Source of the DNA: Vicugna vicugna
Taxonomy: Eukaryota
DNA: 64,000 nucleotides
Direction of reading: 5' to 3'
Assembly (NCBI GenBank): GCA_013265495.1
Contig: MU058213.1
Span: forward strand, 4,922,854-4,986,853
The translations under genes and the position numbers were made by a program. Position 1 is the first letter of the stretch; every line of letters begins with the position of its first letter. Positions 50,850 to 63,626 of the stretch are shown here, piece by piece. Below the pieces are notes generated by a model that did no database searches, was not told the origin of the DNA, and was given only the letters and a program-made list of their open reading frames with translations.

Positions 50850-51680
50850 GCACTCAGAGACATGCACTTTTCACAGATGGACAAAGGCCCGGGAACCCTG
50901 CAGCTGGAAGTCTGAACAGAGCTGATGGTTGCTTCCTCCTGTACACAGTTTAAACCCCAGTGGAAACTGCTGAGGTTCTGATCCACTTCAAAAACCTGAA
51001 GCAAAGTGGAGGTGGAGAGGGAGGGCAGGAGAGAGCAGTTTCAAGGTCATATTTCAAACCCCATACCAGGGTACCCTGCTGTACTGGGCCGTCGTCAGCT
51101 TTCCACGTTGACACTGAGTCCTGTCAGGAGAATTCCCTCACAATTTATTTTCTGTTTTACTAGACTTCGGTGGGGAGTTTTGAAAAAGGGCATTGACCTG
51201 AAATTTCACGTTACTCATGCCAGGATCATTTGTTACAGCATGAAGGTTTTATTTACCCATAAAGTATTAGAGGCAGTGCTTCTCTGCTGCAGGGAAGCCT
51301 GTCCACAGGGGCCCGGACACCGGGAAGTGTGACCCAGGGCGCAGGTGCAGGTGCCGAGGACCCGGGCAGAGGTGTGGGAGCCCCGGGTGGAGCCGGTCCT
51401 TGGATGGGCAGACACACGGCATCTGATGTGCTAATCCCTTGGTTTAATTTGTGCCTTATGCCCTTACGGGGCCAGCTGGAATCACTGTATTTATTCAACC
51501 TGTGATTTTTTTCCCCTTTCTTTCTCACTTTAACTGAAAGAGAATCTTGTACATTGTGGAATTTAATCACTTACTGTTTTCAGTATCAATTAGTGTTTCT
51601 AATTTGTTCATGCACACTCTACTTTGATATGGTAACCTCTGTCACATATGTGTAATAAATGCAATGTATTTTGTTCTACT
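50850..51680 (+). other. MYZAP: MYZAP 3' UTR (end approximate)
   Basis: Repeat-free stretch from the stop to the first AATAAA; distal half is AU/U-rich. Confidence 0.75.
51654..51659 (+). terminator. Polyadenylation signal of MYZAP
   Basis: AATAAA overlapped by an upstream TGTA element and followed by a GT/T-rich tract (ttgtgtttt near 51691). Confidence 0.8.
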
Positions 51681-51947
51681 GATGCTGTACTTGTGTTTTA
51701 TCTGTGACCACACAGAAGGGGTAGAGATCGGGCTCTGGACTGTCAAGTCAGGGCATGGTGCTCTTTCAATCAGTACTGACCCTAGAATCATTTTATAAAC
51801 TATAAGAGAGGATGTGTATGTGTGTGTGTTGTGTGTGTATTTAAACCCTGAAATTTATCTAGTTAACCTACTTTCTAGAGAGACTAAGATGCATTCATGT
51901 TTATAAAATACAGATATCATTGTTACCTAAATGTAAAATCACCCTCC

Positions 51948-52503
51948 TCACTCCAATGTTCATAGCAGCACTGTATAACAACAGCCAAGACATAGAAGCA
52001 ACCTAAATGTCCATCGAAAGATGACTGGATAAAGAAGTTGTGGTATATTTATACACTGGAATACTAGTCAGCCATAAAAAAGAAAATAATGCCATTTGCA
52101 GCTACATGGATGGACCTGGAGATTGTCATTCTTAAGTGAAATAAGCCAGAAAGAGAATGAAAAATACCGTATGGAATCACTCATACGTGGAATCTTAAAA
52201 AAAAGACACTATGAACTCATCTACAAAACAGAAACAGACTCACAGACATAGTAAATAATCTTATGGTTACTGGGGGAAAGGGGCTGGGAAAGGGTAAATC
52301 TGAGAGTTTGAGATTTGCAAATGATAACTACTATATATAAAAACATAAAAAACAAATTTCTTCTGTACAGCACAGGGAATTATATTCAATATCTTGTAAT
52401 AACCTTTAATGAAAAAATATGAAAACGTATGTATGTATATGCATGACTGGGACAGTGTGCTGTCCACCAGAAATGGACACATTGTAACTGCCAGTTAAAA
52501 AGA
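51948..52503 (+). mobile_element. 5'-truncated lineage-specific L1 just downstream of the MYZAP poly(A) site
   Basis: L1 3' end; TSD aaaatcaccctcc at 51935-51947 and 52504-52516. Confidence 0.93.
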
Positions 52504-53659
52504 AAAATCACCCTCCCTTGTGTCCAAGCCCTTACTCCCCTTACTTCCCAACTTCAGGGAAAAAGAGCCAAAGACAGAAAGCAAAGCAACTCAGTTGAGT
52601 AAATTACCTCGAGTCAGGATAGTATAAACAGGAAAATACACAATTTGAGGCCAAATTTGTATTTAAATTGTGGCTTTGGGACCTTCAGCAAGTCATCAAA
52701 GTTCTCTGAATATCAACGTCATTTTCTAAAAACTTGGGATAACTGCACCAACCTGATAGGCCAATGCGAGTGCCAACTGAGGCAGGTAAGCTGCAGCCCC
52801 CGCCCACGCGCAGAGGAGGATGCTGCTGCTCTGAGGTGAGTTTTAAAGCACTGTTGAGTCGTGGCTACCCTCACTCACGGAGACAGGCTAGCAAGAGAAG
52901 CCAGGCCCTCGCGCAGCCCCCAGGACGAGCATTCCAGGAAAGGCGGTGCTTGGGACCAAGAGGCAGGGAAGCGGGACTGAGAGTGGCAACGGGTCCTGAA
53001 AACCTGTGGACCCCAGGAGATGCTGGTCTGGAAACAGCTTCTAAGTGAAATGCAGTGGCATAAAGAATGTCAGTTTTAATGAGACCAGAGAAGAAACGAA
53101 GATTGTTCAACAAACACTCCACACACCCCTCCCCCTTTCTTTTCTTAAAACAAGAAAAAGGAAAACATTTCGCAAGCAATTTAAAAACAAGAGAATCCTG
53201 GGGATCATTCCACGGTATTAAAGGTAGTCTCTACCTGGGCCCTTTGTATTTTTAAACATACCTTCAACATGTATAGAATTAAAACATTATCTGAACTATT
53301 CAGAAAGACTATTAAAGAGACTTGCTAAGTGGCACAGACTTGAAACTGAAAAAAAACCAGAAATGATCCTGTTCAATCCTCTTTCTAAATTAACTCTAGT
53401 GATGCTCAACCCACTGTCCAAGAGTCACTCTTCAGCCTCCTCCTCCTAAGCATAGGTATTGTGCGGAATCGCGGCAACGAACTCTAATATTACACAGCAA
53501 ATTTATCTCAGCGAAATGAAAAACAGCAGCATAAAGTTTTTTAAAATAAAAAATATCCTATATTAATGCCTCAAATAATATCCTCATTCCAATCTGCCCA
53601 GACTTCCTTACACACACCCACCCACACGTTTATCTTGTTTTAGAACACATCCTGGGAAG

Positions 53660-53888
53660 CAGAATCGTGGTATTCAGGAACGGGGGCTCTGGAGACGGTC
53701 TCACCTCAGTCACTAGCACGTGCCTTGGACAAATCACAGAACCTCTTCGAGCTCCCGTAAAATGGGGTCAGTGACAGTTCTTTCCCAACCATCCCCCTGG
53801 GAAGATTAAACGAGTCAGTATCTGCGAAGTTCTTAGAACAGTGCTTGGCACCCAGTAGGCGCTTGATAAGGGCTCTCTATTGTTAATA
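53660..53888 (+). mobile_element. MIR SINE
   Basis: gggctctggag...cactagc...ccttggacaaatcac..aacctct...gtaaaatgggg...aagattaaacgag...cttagaacagtgcttggcac.cagtaggcgct. Confidence 0.8.
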
Positions 53889-53939
53889 CAGACTTCCGTA
53901 ACCACGTTTCATCACTTATCATTCCATATAAATACAGGG

Positions 53940-54432
53940 GTGTAGACCCACACCTCTGCTTCTTATAGCTAACTGGATTCCACTTCACTGATGTACTAGG
54001 ATTCACTCGACCTGTCCCCTGACGTTGGAAATCTGGAGGTTGTCTTTACTCTTTTTTCAGCAACCCTCTGACGAACCACCTTGTACACATGTCTTTGTAC
54101 CCTTCCTTGCCTGATTATTTTCTTAGGATAAATCCCTAGCAGAGGAGTCACTGGGTCAAGAGTTATGCACATTTTGGGGAAAGGAAATAACTCAGTGGTA
54201 GAGTGCAAGCTTTGCATGCATGGGGTCCTGGGTTCAATCCCCAGAACCTCCCTCAAAAATAAATAAATACACAAACAAACAAACCGAATTCCTCCCCCTG
54301 CCTCTCAAAAGTTATGTACATTAAAGTCTTTGGTGCATCTGGCCCAATTTGGCCCGTGGAAACTTGAGTCCACTGAAACTCTCACCAGCAGGATGAGAAT
54401 GTGCTTTTCCGACCCCTTTGCCAACACTAGGA
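53940..54432 (-). mobile_element. Old L1M fragment hosting a SINE
   Basis: ttgtacacatgtctttg...ttcttaggataaatccctag...ctgggtcaagag; resumes actctcaccagcag...ttgccaacact. Confidence 0.7.
54176..54306 (+). mobile_element. tRNA-Ala-derived SINE (Vic-1 type)
   Basis: tRNA head with B box and (AAAT/AAAC)n tail; TSD aagagttatgcacatt (54158-54173) / aaaagttatgtacatt (54307-54322). Confidence 0.9.
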
Positions 54433-56089
54433 TTGAGAAATGAGGGTGTGTATAAGGTTGCTTGTTTTAGGCAGCCCTGTTCCCCAAATGGGCAGTGAAA
54501 AAAGTTCCTTCAGGATATTGCCTTCGGATACCTGAGCTTGGGGACCGTGCAGGTGTGAGCTGCAGGCCTGGAGGTGTCCCCAGGGCCGAGAGAGGGCCTG
54601 GGCAGCCGACAGGAAACAAAAGTGGGCTTACAAGGAGCCGGTGCCCCAGGATCCTGGAATAAGAGAGGGCCTGCCGCTTGGTGACTCGGAGCCAGGAGTC
54701 AGCCATTCTGAATTCAGACCCCGTGTTTGAGTCTGAGTGGGACGTGCCCTAGAGGGTTCACTTCAGGGCTGGCTGGGGAGAGAGGAACGTTTGGGAAGTC
54801 AGGAGTTAGGTAATGTGATACGGTCCCCCATTTAGACGGCACACCTACCAAGACCCACCCCTGAGCTGGTCTATGCATCTTCCCTGGGCACCCTCTTTCT
54901 CCCCAGTAAATGCCATTTGCCTGCTCCAGGAACTCCAGAGTGGTCCCCAGGACAGGGGGTGGGCTGCGCGGTGTGACAGGAAGGCAGTCAGGCCACATCA
55001 GACCATGTGCTCTTCCTGACGTTTGGACTCCAAGGGCCAGTTCAGTCTCACAACTACGTGCCAGGTGCTAGGGAGACAAAGATGTGCACCTCAGGACCCT
55101 CATCCTCTCCAAAATTGTTCCCAGTCAGGCTGCCTGCTGATCTTTGCTGTCCCTGAATCCCAAGGGTATTTTTCTCGGGTTCTCCCCACCCCCGGCTTTT
55201 CTACTCTCATCAAATGACTGACCACCGGGTCTGCTGCCTTTCTCTCCAGCCATGTAAAGCCCCTTGCGGCAGTTTCCCATAAAGGTGGGAGCCATTTCCA
55301 ACCTCGAGAAACATGGAGAAATCTACAAATGAAAAGGATCCAGGAAGTGCAGTGGCTGGGGAAGTAAAGGGGACCAAGTTACCGGGCTGGGCACAGCATG
55401 CAGTCACTGAATCTTCCCAGTAGTTCTGTAAATGACACTAGCAACATTTTGTGGATAAGGACATTGAAACTCAAAGAGATGAAAATGGCCCGAAACTACC
55501 CAGGCCTGTGTGATTCCAGAACACAAGTGGGAAGCCTGGAGCTGGTATTGCCACTCAATCACAATGCTCCCTTGGGCCGGTCACTTCTGCTCTCAGGCGC
55601 AGTGAGCGCTCCCGTGAGCAGCTGTGCCCAGGAAGGAAATGGAATTGCACCTCCCGGCACAAGCTTGCTGTGCAGATCACGTGAAACGGCGTTGCCAGCA
55701 CCACGCCAAGACGTGCCAACCACTGATAAAAACAACTGCTAGCTGCTATTAGTACTAGCAATCACTGTGAAGGAGGTGTTGCAACATGAATTTTTGCAAA
55801 CCCAAGGATTTCCTCTTACTGGACACGCAGACTTAGTGAATAATGAATACCAGTGAGTGGGACTGAGCAGAAGGAAAGGGCAAAAAAAGCTGTGGCTGGA
55901 TTCAAAGGGGGAAAAATACACCTTAGCCTACTTTTCCTTATATGCAAATTTGAGAATAACTCACTTGACTTTGTCAGAGAAGGACAAGCCGAAAAGAAAG
56001 GCTAGAGATGCATTTCTAGAGAGACCAAAGGCAAAGAGATCAGAGGGAGACTGCTGCCAAATTGGGAGACAATTTGTTAGGATTAGATT

Positions 56090-56620
56090 ACTAACACATG
56101 GTGTGAGGTATAAATCAAAGAGGTTTTTTGCATATGGATGTCCAACTACTTGTTTTGGCACCACTTGTCGAAAAGATTACCCATTTTCCACTGAATTGCC
56201 CTCGAACTACTGTTGAAAGTCAATTAGCTATACATACGCAGGACTATTTCTGGACACTTTGTTTTGTTACATTAATCTAGTTGCTACCTTTTTTTTCTTC
56301 TTTTTTGGGGAAGGGGTAACTATGTTTATTTATTTTATTTTATTTTTTTAATTTTAAGCCCAGGAATTGAACCAGGACCTAGCGCACGCTAAGCACTCAC
56401 TCTACCCCTGAGCTACACCCACCCGCTCTAGTTGCTATCTTGACAACAACCCCACACTGTCTTGATTACCATGGCTTTATCAGAAGCCTGGAAGTCAGGT
56501 AGTATAAGCTTTCAAGTCTGTTCTTTTTCAAAGTTGTTTTGGCTATTCTAGCTTCTTTGCATTTCCATATGAATGTTTACAGTCTGTCAGTTTCCACCTA
56601 GGGGCTGCGGGGGTTTGGAC
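56090..56620 (-). mobile_element. Old L1M ORF2 fragment hosting a SINE
   Basis: tggtgtgaggta...gcatatggatgtccaa...caccacttgtcgaaaagatta...ttctttttcaaagttgttttggctattctag. Confidence 0.85.
56291..56426 (-). mobile_element. tRNA-Ala-derived SINE (Vic-1 type)
   Basis: Antisense tRNA head; TSD tctagttgctacctt (56276-56290) / tctagttgctatctt (56427-56441). Confidence 0.9.
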
Positions 56621-57940
56621 CGACATGGCACTGAACAGGCAGATCACCAAGGAGAAAAGCGAGCCCTCACTGCTGCGGATCAGGCCAGCCTGGAGCCGGT
56701 GGGACCAGCTGAGCTCCTGAATGCGGGGCTGCTTCCCTCTTCTTCAGCTGGAAAGGTACCAGGTAAAAACTTCCCTAATGTATTTTGGTGAAGGTATGGT
56801 ATAAGCTTTGTGGAATTCTGAACAAAATATTATAAGAAACATTAATTTGTGCCCAAGGGCCATAAAACTGATGTAATTTGAATGCAATAAAATATAAATA
56901 AATGGCAAACAGTTCTTGGGGGTTTTCTCTTAATTTTTCAACACATACTTTCGAGTTTTAACATACAGCATTTACAGCATTCACCTTCCTGAATTAGGGG
57001 CGGGAGGGGGGTTGAGAAATAATTAGTAGGCAATTTTTTGGCCCTGGGACTTTTCTTGTAAATGTTTTCTTTGGCAGCCATACTCTTGAGAACAGGAAGT
57101 TACTCTCTTGTTACAGATTTAAGACTTTTCTGAGCCAAATAACAGAAAGCTGGATTAGTTCTGAAATGAAGGGGGAAAAAAAACAACTCTCGGCTCTCGC
57201 TGGAGATTAATGACATCTTGCAAATATTTTAATTCTCCCCTTTCCTCTTAACTTGCCATCAACTAAACAAAACACACTCAGCTTGAAAAATCTTAACTGC
57301 TCACTTTTTGGCCCAACCCGAAAATAAAATATTTTTATGGTACCCACAAATTTAAACATTTTTGGGGGCTGGGGAGGGGAGGAAATTAGGGCTGTCTCAA
57401 GTCGACCTTTTTTGTCACAAAATCCCAATATGGAATTTAAGATAGAAAATATAGTTGTAAAGACATTAATATTTGTACGGTAATCATAAAGATTCATATT
57501 TCCCTTGACCTTTTAAAATGGCGTTTGTTATGGATAAAAATGTTAAATCAAGCTTTGTAAACAATGTCTATATTTTGCCAGAGAGACTTGCAAACAATTT
57601 CTTAGGAATTGTTCAAAATATCAGGATTCTATCCTTTGACTAGAATACTTATGAGTCTGACTACAAAACAAGGAAACTGTTTCCCTCCAAAAAAAAAGCT
57701 GAGTCCTTGTAAATTAATGTCCACTCTCTACACTCAATTCTAGGGGAAAAAACTTGCAATGTCAATGAAAATTGTAATTGGTAGGAACATCAGTTCTATG
57801 AGTCATCTGACAACCATTTGTAGGGATTCTTGAAACACAGAAGGCCTTAGGAAAACAGATTAAGGGGCGAAGAACACCTTTCTATAACAAGTGATTCAGA
57901 AAGCGATCTACTAGTGATCTAGGAAGTTTCCGTGGTATTA

Positions 57941-58276
57941 CAGTCACGGCTCAGCATCGAGAGAAGATGGGGGAATTGGTTCCAGACCCCTCCCATTCCC
58001 ACAAATACCAAAATGAACAGATGCTCAAGCCCCTTACATAAAATGGTGTAGTCTTTGCATATAACTTATGCACATCCTCCCATATAATTCAAAGCATCTC
58101 TAGATTACTTACAACACCTAACACAATGTAAATGCTTTGTGAATAATTGCCAGTACATGGGAAAGTTCAAATTTTGCTTTTCGGTACTGTCTACATTTTT
58201 TTCCTCTTTCTGAATATTTGGCTTCAAGGCTGTTAAATCCATGGATGTGGAACCCACGGATACAGAGGGATGACTG
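57941..58276. mobile_element. MER2/Tigger2-family TcMar MITE
   Basis: TA|cagtca ... tgactg|TA termini; interior gatgctcaagccccttacataaaatggtgtagt...atctctagattactta matches recalled MER2. Confidence 0.85.
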
Positions 58277-61200
58277 TAATTGCAGCCTCTCAGAAAAGAG
58301 TTGGGCTCAATTTTTCATTTAGCTTTGCATCACATACCCAAACTCAAATGTCCTGGTGCCCAAGAAATTTGTATAAAGGTGGGAATGGTCTGTGGCAGGA
58401 TAATGGGGACAATGGCTAGTGGCAGGGAGGGGGTGGAGGCATGAAGGATGCTCACCAGGATTATAAGAACATGCCCATCTTCAAGTCACTCAAATTCAAA
58501 ATTATGAATTTGAAAAACTATATGCTGCCAAACAAATTCATCTGTAGGATGGATGTGGCCAGAGACCCACAATTTGCAACCCTTTATTTACATTATCTAA
58601 TGTATTTCTTTCTGTACATTATAAAGAAGATATTTATTCCTTCAAACCAGCTTTTTCTCCAGTCAGCTTGAAGTGATGTTCCTCCCACATCATTCATTAT
58701 AGTTTGCTGTCTTCTGATATTTTGACAACTTCAGGGTTTTTTTTCTTTTAACCTTATAAACAATCTTAAATTACTTAGAGCTGTCACTCATCAGATATAA
58801 AAATTAAATTAAGCCCAAGAACTCTAGGTGATGGAAAACATGATTCATTCCTGTAAGATATGAACCATGGGAGTCCAGCAAAGGCTGATAAAACCTGAAA
58901 CTTCATCAATGTTGGAGGAGTATTTATTTAAAGGGAGCTACCTGCTTCCTGGTTTACAGCATACCAAATATTTCCTCTCAACATTTATGAGCTTAAATAG
59001 ATGCAGATGTTGTCAAAGAATGTATTATAACATTAATCATCCTAGAATCATATAATTCAAGCACTGAAAGGCATCTTGGAGTTTGTCTGGTTCAACACCC
59101 TCATTTTAAACAGGAGAAAGCTGAGGCTTAGGGAAATTAACTGGCCCCTAAGTTAGCAGTACACAAAGCTGCTCTCCAAAAAAATCATAGCTGGGGACTG
59201 ACAAATTTCCCCACACCTCTTCACTTCTCTGATCTGGATCACTTTTACTGTCCTATATACTATGCTTGACTTCCTCTCTTCCAAATTTTGGGGAAGAAAA
59301 TCAAGGAGAACTGTTTTTTCCTGAGTCATTCTCCCGGCGGTATATTATATAAGCATCCCAGCTCCTTCTCTCCGATTCCCACTAGCTGAAACTTTTCAGA
59401 GCTGTGTTCTTTTTCATGCAACAGAAAATTAAAGGTGACCAGACACTTGGTGCTGGCCAGGTCTCATGAAAGGAGAGGGGTGGTCCGTTTCCTCTAAGTC
59501 CATCCTGCTGCCCATCACCAGTTTCTTTACTTCACGGCCTCTGATGTACATCAGATTGCAAAAAGCTAGACATACAGCGTGCTGGCTTTGCAGTGACCTG
59601 GTTCTTCTTTCCTTCCACTAAAAGCAAAACTCTCAAATCCCTCTCCCATGAAACCCGAAAGGAAACTACGAAATCTCACCCTATAGTGTCTTTGCAAATT
59701 ACCTCCTTTAAATGATACACTGGATGTTTTTTTATGAAGAATCTTACACAAGGCTCACTTAAGCATAGGAGGGTCTGTCCTCCAGCATGGAACGTGAATC
59801 AGTTCTAAGCAGAGTTTGGTTTTGACATCTTCCCTTTTTGCCTGCCCTGCATATTCACCAAATTGTGGAAAGGAGGTCCGCTACGGTCTTCCTACCACCT
59901 AATCTCTCGGTTGTCATACTCTCTCTGGTCTACTCTTTGCCTCCAATTGCTCAAAATTCTCTCCATTTCTCCCTTTCCCTCCTGTCAAAGCCCACTCTTT
60001 TAGTGTAGGTCACCTGAGCCAGCCTTTTGTAAGAAAACCATCTGGAACAAATTCACACTCAAGTGTAAATGACTGATAGGCCACAGCTCTTCTAGAAATA
60101 TCTACTGTCTCAAAGGAAGAATCTTGTTAACCTAGTAACTGTCTTATGGAATAAAGTTCAGCCAATGCTTCAAAAAGAAGTGAAATAAGTCAGGAGAGGG
60201 GAAGATATTTTAAATCTTGTTCAAGATTCTATCTCCTAATTGTAGTAGAGGGGCCTCAGCTACAATGTCTGTATACTCTGCACCAAATATCACTATATGT
60301 GTATCTTTCAATGACTTTTTTTTTTCTGGTTTGTGAGTTTATTCATTTGAGAAATCATAGAAAGGTGCTATTCAATCCCGGTTAGTCACCTATCTAACCA
60401 GTAATCTTCATTAAATTTGCTAATTAAAAAGTAAAATCACCTGGAACTTTACAGCATCAAACATTTAATTTTTTCCCCCTGAATTATCTCTTCCTACACT
60501 AACCAAAAAACTCACAAAACACTGTGGTGTCCTGAAATGGGAAATCTGTCAACAAACAACACTCAGCCATGTGAAAGTCTGACAAGAAAAGAATTATTTT
60601 CCCTTCAACTTGAACCTTATTTGGTTGGGATTTTCTCACCAGAGTTGTCCTATTTTTTTTTTTTTCCTGTGGGCAACTGCCCCCTTGATTAATCCCACTT
60701 CCCTCAGTTTTAGTTTTTCCAAGCAGCTGAGCAAACAAAGATGCAGGCAGCCATTTTAACGCGCTTCCTCCCTCAAGCCCTCTGGGAAGGGCCGTCTGTT
60801 CATCCTGCTCATAAACCAACAGCCTGAATGTGCTTGGAGAAAGCAGCAAGGATCTTCTGTCAGGATTAATTTTAATAGCCCAAAGTCTGCCACTCGGGAA
60901 CCATGGCCCTGGTAAATGGCTTTAAATTACCATTTGCTGATAAAGAGGGAGATATGAGCTGAAAATTTGGTTCCTCGTTTCAAACAGTTTGGATAACTAA
61001 TGCAAGAATTTACTTTTAGCGTGGAGTGCATGCACTTTACAGCCTCACCCCCTGAGTAGCTGAGAAAAACCTTTTGTTGCAGCGGGATCACAGTGAAATA
61101 CAAAGAGGAGAGATGTGACCTTTTGTCTAAGTAAAGAACTTTAGAGCTGGAAGGGGAATGAATTTATCGGTGAATTCCTGAGCAGAAAGCTTCCTGTCCA

Positions 61201-61650
61201 ACTTTGTTTCTGATGTCTATGCAGAGAAATGGTATCCTTTTTACTGCCCCTTCAGCTTGTTTGTCTCCCTCTTTACCAGTTCCTTTCTCTCTCCTTTTTT
61301 CTCATCCCCAATTCCAACGCCCTCCCTCAGCTTCTCTTCCCTAACTCACCAGGCTCCTGGCAGTCACTTGTGAAGTTCTCCACTGAGGAACAGACAGAGC
61401 TGCACATGGACGGAGGAGGGGTCAGGAGGTCTCAGCACTCATCTCTCCCTCTGTAGTGAGGCTAGTCCCCACTGCTCCACCTACCTGAGAACGCGCTGAC
61501 CTGACCGGAAGGAGGGCTGGTGAATGGCACACAGGTGTCAGCCATCAGTGTTGATAAGCCTCAGGTTTACCATCATTCATTTCTCATTAGCTATGGCTGC
61601 TACGGATTTGACTGAAAAATCCAGCATGTTCCATTTCCACACGGATGCTT

Positions 61651-61783
61651 TTTTTTTAAACCCTGTTTTTTCAATCATGTTCTCTTTTTTAAATTATTTA
61701 AGTACAGTCAATTATAATGGGTCAATTTCTGGTGTATAGCACAATGTCCCTGTCTTACATATACATACATATATTTGTTTTCA
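61651..61783 (-). mobile_element. Very short L1 3' end insertion
   Basis: Antisense L1 terminus; TSD catttccacacggatgctt (61632-61650) / catttccacatggatgctt (61784-61802). Confidence 0.85.
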
Positions 61784-62008
61784 CATTTCCACATGGATGC
61801 TTAAATGCACACCCCCCCCCAAAGAAAACAGAACTTGTTTCATGATTGTTTATGACTCTTGGTTTCCATCTCTTCTCCATGCGCTCAGCACCTAGCCGGG
61901 ACACAGCACAAGCTAGCCTCCCCTTTCCCAAGTCAGCTCTCTCATCCTGAAGGCCAGCCATCAATCAAGCCTTGATTTTTTCCTAACAGACTAATTGCTA
62001 TTGAGCTC

Positions 62009-62400
62009 TGTATTAGCCAGCGTTCTCCAGAGAAACAGATCCAATAGTGTGCACTCACGTGTGTGTTTGTAGATAGATAATCACATCAGCCATTATCAGA
62101 GAGATTCATTTTAAGAAATTGGCTCACATGATTATCACTGCCAGGTAGGCCAGCAGATTAGAGACCCAGGAACTTGCAGCTGAAGTCTGAAGGCCGTCTG
62201 CTGGCCCAATTCCTTCTTGCTCGGGTGAGGTCAATCTTTGTTCTCCTAAGGGCTTCAACTGATTGGATGAGGCCCACCCACAATATGGAGGCAGTCTGCT
62301 TTACTCAAAGTCCACTGACTTGAATGTTAACCTCACCTAAAAAAAACACCTCCACAGAAACAGCTAGAATAATGTTTGACTAAATTTCTTTACTGGCTAA
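62009..62400 (-). mobile_element. ERVL LTR, MLT2 family
   Basis: tgtattagccagcgttctccagagaaacaga...aattggctcacatgatt...tgattggatgaggcccaccca...agaataatgtttgac. Confidence 0.8.
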
Positions 62401-62982
62401 GCCTCTTGGTTACCGACTAGAAAACTAGACAGTTGGTGCATTGGTTGTTCAGAATTCAGATTTGCATTACGACAACTTGAAGTCCTAAGCTCTGTTGTGT
62501 AAAAGATTCTATCCCATACCACTGAAAATATCTTCACAGTAATTATGGTTAATGTTTATATTAAAAGCTTAAGATTTGTATATATAAAAGGGACATTTCA
62601 TTAAGAGGAAGAGGAATATGGGGGCAAGGCGAAGAGAAAAATATGAGAGATTCCATCAATTAGTACCTGCTATATGCATTAGGGGAGACAGAAGTACAAA
62701 TATAGCTCCTCAACAGAATTCTGACTTCACAATTTTGTTCGAAACGAAATCGCCATGCACAACACAACTGGAGAAGCATTACGGGTTCTAAGCACTATAG
62801 TTGTTATGCTCAAAGAGCAATTTGGGTTGGAATAATCTAAGAAGGCTCAGGGAGGAGGTGAGACCTGAGCTAAGGTTTATAATGGGCTGGGGGAAAAGGG
62901 ACAGCCTTCCACAAAAGCAAAACAGCAGGCGGGGTGGTGGGGGGCAAAATTCTGAGGCTTGAAAGAAAAGCATCCTTGCTTT

Positions 62983-63626
62983 TGAGACAGAAACGAAGGG
63001 GACAAGGCAAACCATTCAAGAAACGACACAGCAATTGACACCAATGTGGCGTAAAATTCAACTCCCAACAGGCCTTGAGGCCCAAAATGGCAGGAGATTT
63101 GACTTCTAATAGACCTTGAGCTTCATTATACTTCATTATACACTCATTGTAATACATGAACATGGTAAATGACACACCCACAGGTGCCATGACAGTCCCG
63201 AGGCTAACCATAAAAGGTCAAAAAGTGGGCAGTGGCCCAATTCCTGAGAATCCTAGGCCCTTCCCCTAAAGTAGGTGGAGTAATTCTCCCACTTGTTAGC
63301 AATACAAAGCTACTGAGCCCATAAAAACTTGCAACACTGTGCCTCTTGGCCTCTTGCTCCCCCACCTTCCAAAATGGTCCGCTTGTCTATGGAGTATATC
63401 TACTGAGTACCCAACCCCTACACCTCATGGCCTTTCTCTTGCCTTCTGAAAATGCCTGCACTCTGTCTATGGAGTATGTATCTTTTTGAACAAATAAATC
63501 TACCTTTACTCAACTGGGGCTCGCTCTTGAATTCTTTCCTGCATGAAGCCAAGGACCCACATTGACGGGACACATCGCAGGGACTCAACTGAGACCTGGG
63601 ATACGGCTATCCTCTCTCCCGCGTCA
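62983..63626 (+). mobile_element. ERV1 solo LTR, MER41-like
   Basis: TG...CA termini with 4-bp TSD CTTT (62979-62982 / 63627-63630); TATA-like cataaaaa near 63320; AATAAA 63493; U5-like ctcgctcttgaattctttcctgcatgaagccaaggaccc. Confidence 0.85.

Noticed and set aside
50864..50870. miR-17-family seed match GCACTTT in the 3' UTR
   Set aside because: A single 7-mer only ~15 nt from the stop; not supportable without conservation data.
56800..57560. Repeat-poor AT-rich block as a pseudogene UTR or extra GCOM1 exon
   Set aside because: No ORF, TSD, poly(A) tail or convincing splice pair that I can support without alignment.
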